From: Eledone cirrhosa
Lineage: Eukaryota
Length of the DNA: 64,000 bases
Reading direction: 5' to 3'
NCBI GenBank assembly: GCA_964016885.1
Contig: CAXHJY010000228.1
Coordinates: 1-64,000 of the forward strand
The notes under the pieces were generated by a model that was not told the origin of the DNA, did no database searches, and worked only from the letters and a program-made list of their open reading frames with translations. Of this stretch, positions 14,041 through 26,360 are shown in pieces. Positions within the stretch are counted from its first letter, which is position 1, and each line of letters opens with the position of its first letter. The position numbers were made by a program, and so were the translations under genes.

Positions 14041-14084
<44 letters not shown>

Positions 14085-14093
14085 GCATGCATG

Positions 14094-14134
<41 letters not shown>

Positions 14135-14140
14135 GCATGC

Positions 14141-14281
<141 letters not shown>

Positions 14282-14473
14282 TAAACGGAATAGAAAATGC
14301 TGACAAATTGTTCACAGTTGAAAAATGGTTTAATTAGGAATAAAAGAGTATTAGTGATTGTATGGGTTAGTATTCAGTTGTGGTTTTAAGTTTTTAAGTT
14401 TTTACCGGTTGCGCATTTCTAAATGCTTTTCAAAAATAATTTTGAGATAGAGTGTCCGTGCTGTTTGCTCTGA

Positions 14474-15121
14474 AGACACCCTAAAGTAAATCAACCAAAA
14501 CTAAAAGCTCTTCCATACATCTCCACACACAACCCCCTCAACAATGAGGCCTTTGACACCATCCTCCAGAACATCCCTGTATTGAAAAAGGACCATAGAA
14601 TGAACCAAATTCTACGAACACACGATATCATAAAGAGCAAAAGACAATCCAAGTCAATGAAAAACATCTTAACACATGCCAAAGTACTGCCAACCACAAC
14701 AACGAAACCCACAGTAAAAAAATGCGATAGACCCAACTGTGGCATTTGCATCAACCTAATAGAGGGTTCGGAATTCTATTTCAAAGATGGACAACGTTTT
14801 ATAGTAAAACACAATTTCACATTTTCATCGGAAAATTTAATATATGTATTAACTTGTTCAGGTTGTCGAGAACAATACATAGGCCAGACCAAAAACAGCC
14901 TCCGCCAACGCATGACTGTCCATAGATCCCAAATTAAAATACGGGAATACAGGAAAATACCACTGAGTGAACACATTGATACCTGTGCCGCCCAAAATCA
15001 TCCCAACTTCAGAATCTTTCCCCTCTACAAATTTAAAGATAATGCCACCCACACCCAGCGCATCAGCAAGGAATCTTACTTCATTAACAAATACGGACCC
15101 CGTCTAAACACTTCTCCCTAA
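14474..15121 (+). CDS. PLE ORF C-terminal fragment: linker plus GIY-YIG endonuclease
   Basis: Open frame LPYISTHNP...KRQSKSMKNIL...CDRPNCGIC...NLIYVLTCSGCREQYIGQT...LRQRMTVH...ESYFINKYGPRLN, matching the PLE Cys-rich linker and IY-x-C..C-YIG motifs. 5'-truncated with no start codon. Confidence 0.9.
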   Translation, partial: RHPKVNQPKLKALPYISTHNPLNNEAFDTILQNIPVLKKDHRMNQILRTHDIIKSKRQSKSMKNILTHAKVLPTTTTKPTVKKCDRPNCGICINLIEGSEFYFKDGQRFIVKHNFTFSSENLIYVLTCSGCREQYIGQTKNSLRQRMTVHRSQIKIREYRKIPLSEHIDTCAAQNHPNFRIFPLYKFKDNATHTQRISKESYFINKYGPRLNTSP

Positions 15122-15626
15122 GACGAACCCACAACATACACACGTCAACATACATACCTACATCAGCACACATCTCTACCCACATATAAACACAATGACA
15201 CACGTAAACACACATGCTCTATGGTGCAATACAAAAAAATATATGTGCATATATATGTATGTATATATGTATATATATATATATATATGTAGTGAAAATA
15301 TATATGTGTGTGTGTGTATATATATATAGTGAATATCATTTCACACCTTTTATTGTTAAGATTGTTGATGTTCTATTAAGAGAACCGATTTTACTGAAAA
15401 AATCGAATAATGTACACCATTTTACCAGGGGAAAAAAATACTGGTCCACCCACACACGCACACACACACACACACACACATATATACACAAACACATACA
15501 CACGCGTACATCAACATACAAAGAGACTTATACACACACACACACACACACACGCACTTCTCCGTATAAGACAAAAGCTGAAAAATATCTTTTGACCTTC
15601 GAATGACTCTGCTGTGTGTATGTACG

Positions 15627-15657
<31 letters not shown>

Positions 15658-15728
15658 TTATCTTAATAGCCATTTGACACACATCGCTGGTGGCTATTGT
15701 CGCAGCATCGAACACCTTACTACTACTA

Positions 15729-15802
<74 letters not shown>

Positions 15803-15827
15803 TTGTTGTGAAAGAGTCATTTCTCAA

Positions 15828-16063
15828 TCTTGGCGCAAAACCAATTTTTTATCCACATGACCTCTACCGACCAATCAAAATTGTTTTGACCAATAATTTT
15901 TGCTGGAGCCACTTTTCTAACATTTTAACATAAAAACAGTCTTGGCGCAAAATCAACTTTTTACATTCACATGACCTCTACCGACCAATCAAAATTGTTT
16001 TGACCACAAGCATTTTTGCAACACAAAAATAACGCTGGAGCCATTTTTTTAACATAAAAACAG
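15828..16063. repeat. Two-copy tandem duplication (about 110-120 bp) in the PLE 3' UTR
   Basis: tcttggcgcaaaa...cacatgacctctaccgaccaatcaaaattgttttgacca...gctggagcca...aacataaaaacag occurs twice. Confidence 0.85.
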
Positions 16064-16124
16064 GTAGAATTCCCAAAACTAATCAGATCAGAGCAAACAG
16101 CACGGACACTCTATCTCAAAATTA

Positions 16125-16161
16125 TTTTTGAAAAGCATTTAGAAATGCGCAACCGGTAAAA
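16125..16161 (+). ncRNA. Variant minimal hammerhead ribozyme-like motif in the pLTR (mirror copy 14401-14436 on -)
   Basis: ttt-TTGAAAA-gcatt-taga-aatgc-GCAA-ccgg-TA-aaa; core deviates from CUGANGA/GAAA. Confidence 0.5.
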
Positions 16162-16322
16162 ACTTAAAAACTTAAAACCACAACTGAATACTAACCCATA
16201 CAATCACTAATACTCTTTTATTCCTAATTAAACCATTTTTCAACTGTGAACAATTTGTCAGCATTTTCTATTCCGTTTACCAATATATAATAACTTGTGT
16301 GTTACACCTCTATTCTTTTAAC

Positions 16323-16369
<47 letters not shown>

Positions 16370-16375
<6 letters not shown>

Positions 16376-16740
16376 GGTAAACAGAAATAACAACACAATC
16401 AGTACAATATATTTGTCGATTTAATATATTTGTCAAATCGGACCGAGGAAACAATGTTTCCGTTGGCCTTTCCAATTGCTAATACTATCTATCGGTCGTA
16501 GAAGGAGCAACGTGAAATGAAGTGTCTTGCTCAAGGACATAACGCATCGCCAGGTCCAAGAATCGAACTCACAACCTCACGATTGCGAATCCAGTTCTCT
16601 AACCAATCAGTCACACGCCTTCACTTCACATCGGTACAGTATATGGAAGGAATATATTAGGTTAGCGCTTGAAATAGCAGGAAGAGGGTCTTAACGTTTC
16701 GGACGCTAGTCGTTCATCGGAAGAAAGAATGAGAAATTAG
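16370..16740 (-). mobile_element. PLE pLTR fragment with hammerhead motif (16689-16724), interrupted by a SINE
   Basis: Minus strand tctt-CCGATGA-acgac-tagc-gtcc-GAAA-cg-TT-aaga; uninterrupted homologue at 28420-28555. Confidence 0.7.
16490..16625 (-). mobile_element. CORE-like tRNA SINE (family B)
   Basis: gagcaacgtgaaatgaagtgtcttgctcaaggac...aatcgaactc...ctaacca...cacacgcctt; related copy at about 50040-50185. Confidence 0.75.
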
Positions 16741-17016
16741 AAAAATTGAAGGGACGGGCGGGTTGGAATTGGAAAAAATGTCTTTAGATAAAAAAATATA
16801 TATGTGGGGGGGGGGTGTTATACCAATTATATATGTGTGTGTTATACCAATTACTGACAGTTTTGTTATTTGAGACAATTTGAGACAATGTCAATTAAAG
16901 TTTTCTGTTTACAACTAGGCTCCAAAAGTGAATTTCCATTTTTGACCCACGAGCAGGTAATTTAACCAAATCAGATTTATAATTAGAATTATTCGTGAAT
17001 AAATATTGATATATAT

Positions 17017-17201
17017 TTGTTTCTACTTTAGGCACAAGGCCAGCAATTACCCAGTTCATTACTGGTACTTTATTTTATCGACCCCGTAAGGATGAAAGGC
17101 AAAGTCAACCTCGGCGGGAGTTGAACTCAGATCGTAAAGGGACGTAACTATGCTGGAAAGCATGGCGTCCGACCCTCTACCGATACTGCCAATCCACTGC
17201 C
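17017..17201 (-). mobile_element. Young SINE family A copy with TSD
   Basis: Near-consensus; flanked by the direct repeat ttgatatatatt. Confidence 0.92.
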
Positions 17202-17219
17202 TTGATATATATTGCTGCA

Positions 17220-17385
17220 AGATGCGGTATGACCGAATGATTAAGTGACTCCCTTTGCAATCATTTGGTCCCAGATTCGATACTGCAATGTGACACCTTG
17301 TGCAAGTGCAATACATCACAGCCTCAGATCGATTGAAACCTTGTGACTAAAATTGGGTTGACGAAAACTGGTTGGTTACCCATCG
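17220..17385 (+). mobile_element. Diverged tRNA SINE (family C)
   Basis: agattcgatac (B-box)...caccttgtgcaagtg...agcctcagatcga...ccttgtgactaaaattgggttgacgaaaactg; reverse copy at about 19370-19516. Confidence 0.65.
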
Positions 17386-19055
17386 AATGAAGCGTATTTG
17401 TAATTCAAATTGCCACCCTTTTCACACACTGTTTCAAGCTAAATCTCCTTGAGACGTACATTATGAATACGCATATTGGAGGAATACTCAGCCACTTGCA
17501 CGTTAATTTCACTGTTCCATTATTCAAACAATTGAAACATTCATCGTCGAAACCGATGCTGCACCGATTCTTAAATTCCATTTGACTTAATATTTTGAAA
17601 TACGACAATATTACCGTTCTGGGAGCCGAAATGCAATTATATAATAAATTTGAACAAGACAGAATTGAAAGCAAGGAAGTAATATATCAGTTCATAATAT
17701 ATATCTGAAATATATTGAAGAGGGTTAATATTTTGGTGATATAGATTGTTAAAATCGAGTTCATTTATTTACGAGTTGCACAAAAATGTAGATCGGATAT
17801 CAAGAGGCAACAAATGTGCTGCCGCTGTAAAGCAAGTCTTAAAATACATTGACAATCAAAACTATTTCAAGACATTATTATGTAGTTCATATTGTGTTTT
17901 TTATTGTTGTCGTTATTATATATATTTTTTTTTTTGCTATTGTTTATTTTGTGGTGTTTTTTTGGTGTATTATTTTTTGGTTTTGTTTGATTTTTCGCAA
18001 ACATTAAAACGCTATCAGATTTATCAAAAGCATTCTGTTTAGTCAATTTTTATCTGAACTTATTTGTCATATAGTTTGATCTTTGGAAACATTTACGTTT
18101 AATTAAACGAAAATATAAATGTTTTCATCGTCAGTTAGAAAGGAAAGGGCGATGTTCATAGATATGTTGGGTCGTGTAACTAGGTTAGATTAGTACAATT
18201 AATGTTCAGTTTGAATTGTTGCAAACTAGAGGCTGGAGTAGATATGACTTAGATGAAAATCCCAGATGGAAACTGATTTCAGGAGAAAGGGCTAAACAAA
18301 GAACTTAGTGAAGGATCCTGGGATGTGACCCACTAAAGATAAGAGGTAAGATTGGCTAGGGGAATGGAAATAGTGCCAGGTTAAGAGTAGTGAATATCGT
18401 AATAAATATAGAAAAGGCGTTGACAATAAAGTAATAATAATTGACGTTTTAATTATATATTTGTAAAGTGTTGTATTTCAGTTATTTTACTGTCGGGTTC
18501 TTAGTAATAAGTCGTAAGTAGCAAATTTTGCTGTTTTTGTTTAACTCTATATCAGATCCAATACAAGAAGCGTTCTAAGGCCATTTTCCCTGATAAAGAA
18601 AGGGTTAGTCTTTCGGGCTCCATGATAGGCTCTTTACTCATTATGAAGTAAGTTTTTTTTAAGCAATACCTATTTAGTCGCCTCTTACAAAACGCAGGGA
18701 TACAGTGTACTTATTCTAAACCACACATACATCAGCCATTTTAGTCGCTTCTTGCGATGCACAGAGTACGGTTTACCTATTCTAAACTAGATTCACAGAG
18801 AACTCCATTAGATCTATGACAAAAGCTATTCCAGCTGTAATCATTTTGTCATTTATTCAAACAAAATGTATTTAACTTGTCCAGTATATCCATTGTTTTA
18901 AAGGTGTGATTTGGCTTTTTAATTTAGCGGATCGAATGACAGCATTGAAAAGCTTTTGTTAGTTCGTATGCAGCAAGTTGAGGATGTTGTTATTTAGCAC
19001 CAGACCAGCCTTTATTGATCAAGACTATGACGAAAGGCATTCTAGAGTTTAAATA

Positions 19056-19157
<102 letters not shown>

Positions 19158-19164
19158 GAATGGA

Positions 19165-19345
19165 CCTTTGTTGGTTTTGACGATGAGTATTCAGTTGTTC
19201 GATCAACGGAACGGCCTACTCATCAAATTAGCGTTTGAGTGACTGAGTAGTACACACACTTGCGTGCTCTTGACGTGATTCTCAGGGAGATTCAGCGTGA
19301 CCCAATGTATGACAAAGGCTGGCCCTTTGAATTACAGGTACTGTC
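19165..19345. mobile_element. Diverged SINE body (family B-associated); related copy at about 17405-17560 on the opposite strand
   Basis: gatcaacggaac...aaattagcgt...gtgactgagta...ctcagggagattcagcgtgac...gacaaaggctggccctttgaattacaggtac. Confidence 0.65.
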
Positions 19346-19532
19346 TATCCGACGAGCTTCCAAATAATTTCCTTTTATCCAATTTCACTCATAAGATAGG
19401 GGTCGACCAGTAGCCATGGTAAATGATACTTTCACCATGATGCCACGCAGTGGGATCGAACCCAAGTCCCAATGATTGAGAAATGAACTCCTTAACCATT
19501 CGACTATGCTGCGCCCATTATTGATATAGAAA

Positions 19533-19719
19533 GGGCGGTGAATTGGCAGTATCGGTAGAGGGTCGGACGCCATGCTTTGACGCATAGATATACGGCCCTT
19601 GCCATTCTGAGTTCAAATCCCGCCGAGGTTAACTTTGCCTTTCATCCTTACGGGGTCGATAAAATAAAGTACCAGTAATACACTGGGAAATTGCTGGCCT
19701 TGTGCCAAAAGTAGAAACA
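19533..19719 (+). mobile_element. Young full-length SINE family A copy with 16-bp TSD
   Basis: gggcggtgaattggcagtatcgg...gtagaaaca flanked by attattgatatagaaa at 19517-19532 and 19720-19735. Confidence 0.95.
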
Positions 19720-19832
19720 ATTATTGATATAGAAACCCCTATAGTCCAGTAGAAGCTATGTCTCCTTTTCGTAAACTACAATTTATGGAAGACAGTTTGT
19801 TTTTCATGACTGTCTGCACAGAGGTTTGATAA

Positions 19833-20489
19833 TCTATATATAAATTTCTGCGATTCTGTCACAACACGTAAAGAGGGGGGAGTAGTTTGACTACCTCATT
19901 CTACTCCTCTCTCTTTATATCTGCTGCTTGCGTGAATGTATGTGTGTGTAAAAGGAAGGTAGGGGGTGGCGAAGAAACTATAGCAAAATAGCGTTCCATT
20001 TATTACGCTGTGTGTGAGTGTATGTGTTTGTTTGTGTAAATGTATGTGTGTGTTTGTGTGAATGTATGTGTGTTTGTGTAAATGTATGTGTGTGTGTTTG
20101 TGTAAACGTATGTGTTTGTGTGATTGTATGTGTGTTTGTGTGAATGTATGTGTGTTTGTGTAAATGTATGTGTTTGTGTGATTGTATGTGTGTTTGTGTG
20201 AATGTATGTGTGTTTGTGTAAATGTATGTGTTTGTGTGATTGTATGTGTGTTTGTGTGAATGTATGTGTGTTTGTGTAAATGTATGTGTTTGTGTGATTG
20301 TATGTGTGTTTGTGTAAATGTATGTGTTTGTGTGATTGTATGTGTGTTTGTGGGAATGTATGTCTGTGAGTGCGTATTTTTGTAAGTGTGTCTGTTTACG
20401 CGTTTATACTTATATACTCATACATATACGCATACACACACGCGCACAAATATACACATAGGCGCCAGCGTGTTGAAAAATAATCCTAG
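19833..20489 (+). mobile_element. Possible non-autonomous Helitron with internal TG-rich minisatellite (20010-20370)
   Basis: A|TCTATATATAAA start and CTAG|T end; subterminal hairpin is weak. Confidence 0.4.
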
Positions 20490-20527
20490 TATAATATAAT
20501 ATTAATATTAATATTATTATTATTAGT

Positions 20528-20950
20528 AGGGTGGTGGATTGGCAGTATCGGTAGAGAGTCGGACACCATGCTTGGTAGCATAGAGTTGCGTCCCTTTATG
20601 ATCTGAGTTCAAATCCCGTCGAGGATAACTTTGCCTTTCATCCTTACGGGGTCGATAAAATAAAAGTACCAGTTACGCACTGGGATCGATTTAATCGACT
20701 TTCCCCCTCCACCAAAATTGCTGGCCTTGTGCTTATATAAGAAACCAACATTAATATTATTAGTGTTGTGGATTGGCAGTATCGGTAGAGGGTCGGACGC
20801 CATGCTTTCCAGCATAGTTACGTCCCTTTACGATCTGAGTTCAAATCCCGCCGAGGTTGACTTTGCCTTTCATCCTTACGGGGTCGATAAAATAAAGTAC
20901 CAGTAATGCACTGGGTAATTTGCTGGCCTTGTGCCTATATAAGAAACCAA
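20528..20950 (+). mobile_element. Two tandem SINE family A copies
   Basis: Long subtype 20528-20748, then short subtype about 20770-20950 flanked by ttaatattattagtgttgtg direct repeats. Confidence 0.92.
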
Positions 20951-21343
20951 TATTAATATTATTAGTGTTGTGAAAAGTAAAGGTGTGCCCAACTTATTTC
21001 TTCTACTCTCTATAAAAGAAGTCGTAAAGAACCTTTTTATTTATATCATTTTTGACGTCTGATATTAGTAGGACTTTATCTGATTTCCTTCTCTCTATAC
21101 AATTTAACGTGGTAAACACTTTCACGCTTTAACAACAGCTATAACAACGGCGATGACAACAACAACCACAACCACAACAACAACAACAACATCATCAACA
21201 ACAACAACAACAACAACAATGATAAGTTCTTGCCACTAAGGGTCTATTCATACATAGTATAGAAAAATTGTAGACATGATGGTTACAAACGTGCGAGCAT
21301 AGACAATATAAAGTTATATAAAATGAATGGAGGAATAAAGACA

Positions 21344-21776
<433 letters not shown>

Positions 21777-21978
21777 TTATAGAAAACATTACATGTGAGA
21801 ACTCATAAGCTAGGTCAGAGTACCCTGCCACTCGTTCCTTTGGAGTCGGCTGCCCCCAAACCAATTTGTGCTTTGTCCATAGAAAAGTGGCAATTTCTAA
21901 TTAAGTTCTGCCTTTTTGATTGGCTCAACCCGCTGTCAGGAGAACCAACAAAAAGGAGGAACCTGTAACCAACTGCCA

Positions 21979-22339
21979 TCTATATACTACTAAAACTCTG
22001 TGATTGCTTGCTTGCTTGCTTGCTTGTCTGTAATGTAATACAGCCAAATGGGAAAATACTTTGAAAGGAAGTTGCTCCTGAAATAGAAATACAAATGGAA
22101 TAAAACAAGTTTCGCGTAAATCGGAGCATGGGGTCCCGAGATATGGGGTTTTTTCCGGGTACCTTCATAAATAGAGAGAGAGAAAGATAGAGAAAAAGAG
22201 ATAGTGGTTGTAACAGAGTAGATTGAAAGCGACATAGAGAGAGAGAGAGAGAGAAGGAGACAGAGAAGGAGACAGAGAAGGAGAATGGAAGAGAGAGCTA
22301 ATGGTGTAGTTGTGTATATAGCTGATGGTGTTGTGTGAG

Positions 22340-22370
<31 letters not shown>

Positions 22371-22659
22371 ATATGTGTGTATGTGTGTCTATGACCAGTG
22401 CATACAGATCACAGACACCAACATATATATATATATACACACACACACGTATATATATATATATATATATGTATGTATACACACACACACATTCATATAT
22501 ATACGTACACACACGTATATATATGGGGCCTTCCAGTTTCATTTCACATTATATACATGTCTGTATATTTTAATTATTTAAAAATTATTTTTAAGTGAAC
22601 CTAATTTATTCTTTAATATTTCGAAGTGAACGTGACCCAACGGGTCACAGGTGGTCTAG
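21979..22659 (+). mobile_element. Non-autonomous Helitron
   Basis: 5' A|TCTATATACTACTAAA, internal (TTGC)n, subterminal hairpin gtgaccc-aac-gggtcac (22632-22648), 3' CTAG|T, no TSD. Confidence 0.8.
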
Positions 22660-23323
22660 TCGTTTTATAAAATTTGACTTGACATTTCGTACAGAATTCT
22701 GTATCAGATAAAGTTTAGCCAATATAAATGTATATCAATCTGTAATAAATAGAAAAGAAAGAAAAGTGCGGGTAACTTCTGCTGGAATAATTAGGCTGAC
22801 ACCTTTTAAACCTAGTACAGTCCATCCTTTCTACAGCCGAATTCCTCGAAAACAAAGGAGGAAAGGGGAGATGAATTGATAAAGATAGAGGAATAATCAG
22901 CGCATCTCCCTTACCATCCTCCTGGGAAACGCCTTCTCCATTCTATCTGCCCGGGGCTGTGAGGCGGCCATCAATATGATTACTTAACCCTTTCATTACC
23001 ATGAATATACTTGCAGCATGATTCGTATTTGTTCAGCAAACGGTACGCTCTGAATTATAAGAGACCACACAGCGCCTTTAATTTCAACTTAAAGAGAATT
23101 TAATTCTAATTAATAATATGATTATCAAATGAAGTACTATTAAAATACTTTATTCCCTTATATCTACGTCGGTATTGGACTGGGAGTTTATTTATCAACC
23201 TCGAACGGGTGGAAGGTAAAGTTGGCCTTGGAGGTATTTCAGTGAACCGCTACAAACAAAATACCAAGGCATTTAATTCGTCGTTCTCTCCCTCTCTTTC
23301 CCCCACCTCTCTCTCTATCTCTA

Positions 23324-23376
<53 letters not shown>

Positions 23377-23391
23377 ATCTCTATATCTCTC

Positions 23392-23436
<45 letters not shown>

Positions 23437-23714
23437 ATCTCGATCTCTTCTGTATTCAAACCTAAAGAAGAATGGTCTCCGCTAGGTTTAAGTTCCGAAG
23501 ACCCTATCGGGCCTTAAAGATCCACCATATATATATATATAAAAGAGGGCGGACCAGGTGGACCATAACGCGCCAGAGTACTCGATACTTGGGGTAGTAG
23601 AGTGGGTAATAGGAAAATTGCGGTCCTGATCTTAATATATATCTTAATATATATCACTCGATACCGACGTGAACCTAAACATCGAGTGCCCACCCGGCGT
23701 TATCGAGTGTAGTC

Positions 23715-23973
23715 TAATAAAACAAGGACGAATGGTTACTCCTTCATTCCGTTTATTGGTTGGTGACGCGCGTATCGCTATTGATCAGCTCAAGGTTCGA
23801 TCTGTATCGATCTAGCCCGGCTGCCATTACTCTACTACAGAGGTCCGATGAGCCATTGATTACAGAGCCGGGCTAGATCGATACAGATCGAACCTTGAGC
23901 CGATCAATAGCGAAACGCCCGTCACCAACCAATAAACGTAATGAAGGAGTAACCATTTGTCCTTATTTTATTA
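23715..23973. mobile_element. Fold-back (hairpin) MITE-like element, copy 1
   Basis: About 105-bp inverted arms taataaaacaaggacg...ctagcccggct / agccgggctag...tccttattttatta; homologous to 47811-48100. Confidence 0.8.
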
Positions 23974-24088
23974 TCATTAAATCCCGCCGAGGTTGACTTC
24001 ATCATTACGGGGTCGATAAAATAAAGTACCAGTAATACATTGCTATAATTGCAGGCCTTGTGCCAAAAGTAGAAATAATAATAATAAT

Positions 24089-24125
<37 letters not shown>

Positions 24126-24197
24126 ACTTTTTGTACCTCTGTCTGTTGCCTCCTTGAATTATATATGTATATATACATACATACATACATATATATG

Positions 24198-24244
<47 letters not shown>

Positions 24245-24925
24245 CTATATATATATATATATATATAAACACTCGTACGATTCTCAAAGACCACAGACAT
24301 ACTCTCATAAAAATAAATACTCTTTCCTTATTTAATCAAAATATAGTGGACAAATCCCAAGAGTTGTTATATTGTGTTTATGTTGCTTTCTTCATCCAGG
24401 GGCAGTTTAGCTTTTGTTTCTTTGAGGCGGTGTACGTCTAGAAAATATTACCAAATAGGCCACCATGTCTATAATTCTTCTTACTCTGTCAGTGCGTCAA
24501 TCAGATCTATTTCAGATTCAATTTCCTTTCCTCTTCTTAATACGCTACTCCCTTTCTTTCCCCCCTCCGTGTCATACGTCTCCGCCTGCTCCTCCCCCGC
24601 CTCGTCGTCGCCGGTGACTTACTTACACACTGTCTTACGTTCCTCACTTGGTGTCGCTCCACTTATCGCCCTCTTTAAATCGTAGCTGTCAGATGCCGAG
24701 GATAAACTTAATAAAGACATAGGTTATGCCTGATGAATAATGCAGATGATAAATCTCCTTTGAATTATATCTTCAGCCCTTCTCTATTGTCAACTCCGCC
24801 ATCACTTGCTATTAGAGCCGCCTCTGCCCTACCCTTTAACTCAAACCTCTGCCAGCAAGGCAACTAACTCTACCATCACCTCCTCTATGATTGTAAATTA
24901 TAACCAACACTATCTCTAGCGTCAT

Positions 24926-24966
<41 letters not shown>

Positions 24967-25000
24967 TTACTACTACTACAAAAACAAATAGTACTAAGAA

Positions 25001-25558
25001 TTGTTTCTACTTTTGGCACAAGGCCAGCAATAACCCAGTACATTACTGGTACTTTATTTTATCGACCCCGTAAGGATGAAAGGCAAAGTTGCACTCGGCG
25101 GGATTTGAACTCAGAATGGAAAGGGACGTAATTCTATGCGTCAAAGCATGGCGTCCGACCCTCTACCAATACTGCCAATTCACCGCCCTAGTACTAATAA
25201 TAGTTTCTACTTTAGGCACAAGGCCAGCAATTACCCACTGCATTACTGGTACTTTATTTTATCGACCCCGTAAGGATGAAAGGCAAAGTCAACCTCGGCG
25301 GGATTTGAACTCAGATCGTAAAGGGACGTAACTATGCTGGAAAGCATGGCGTCCGACACACTACCGTGTTTCTGATTTAGGCAAGTCCAACAATTTCGTG
25401 TGATGGGAAATTCGATTAAATCAACCCCAGTGCGTTACTGGTATTTAATTTTATCGACCTTGTAAAGATGAAAGGCAAAGCTAACCTTGGCAGGATTTGA
25501 ACTATCTACTGCAAAGTGTTGTCCAGCGCTCTACCAATACTATCAATCCACCGCCCTA
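25001..25558 (-). mobile_element. Three head-to-tail SINE family A copies
   Basis: Units at about 25001, 25202 and 25367, each with the conserved central motif and B-box. Confidence 0.92.
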
Positions 25559-25729
25559 CCAATAGTATTAATAACAGCAACTGTTACTGTTCCCATACTT
25601 ACCTATCATTACTGGCACATACGTCCAGTCAACTAGTCAACTATTAAATGTTGTATTTCCTTCAGGAACGACAAGGGTTTCATGTCTAGATATGATATAC
25701 TAATTCGACAATGAGCTTAGCTCATACTG

Positions 25730-26360
25730 GCGGTCCGGTTTATAGTAAATAATTCTTACGTTACATTCGCTGGTAATGTTTTCAGGCAAGTAAGAGGTAT
25801 ACCAATGGGCGAGTACTATAACTCCCTCTTGGCAGATTTATATTTATCCTCCTGTGAGTTTGAGGGTTAAGGAAACTTAAGAGAATATGCCTAATTAGGC
25901 AGTTGGGTAGATGTTGTAGGAATATCGATGATATATATCTTCTTAATTATAAGCATTTCGGGAGTTTGCTACACAAGATCTATCCGAACAGTTTAGAGGT
26001 GAATAGAAATAGATGTAACGTTAGCAAGGTTAATTATTTATAAGTCACTGTCAAAATAGGCGATGGGTTGATGGTTAGAAAGGTCTACAATAAAAGTAAG
26101 GACTTTAGCTTTAAGGTGGCTTGGATGTCCTTTGCATCTTGCTGTGCACCATTATACTTAGGATACAACGTGTTTTCTAGCCAAATTATACATAATGGTA
26201 GGATAAGTAGCCAGATAAATGTTTTTACAGGGGTAGTGAATGAACTTTTAAATTAGGACTGGGAGAAATTTATGATACGGCGTTTTCGTAGGTGCCTTTG
26301 TGCTAATAGGGAAATTCTGGGAAAATTTGGGTTATTTCTAGATTGCAGATTAGAGGCATA
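25730..26360 (+). pseudogene. Decayed Penelope-like reverse transcriptase (RT core and thumb)
   Basis: IVNNSYVTFAGNVFRQVRGIPMGEYYNSLLADLYLSSCE, RNIDDIYLLN...IYPNSLE, KVYNKSKDFSF...GYNVFSSQI; stops and frameshifts present. Confidence 0.85.

Noticed and set aside
19533-19625. tRNA gene
   Set aside because: A- and B-boxes belong to SINE heads with no full cloverleaf
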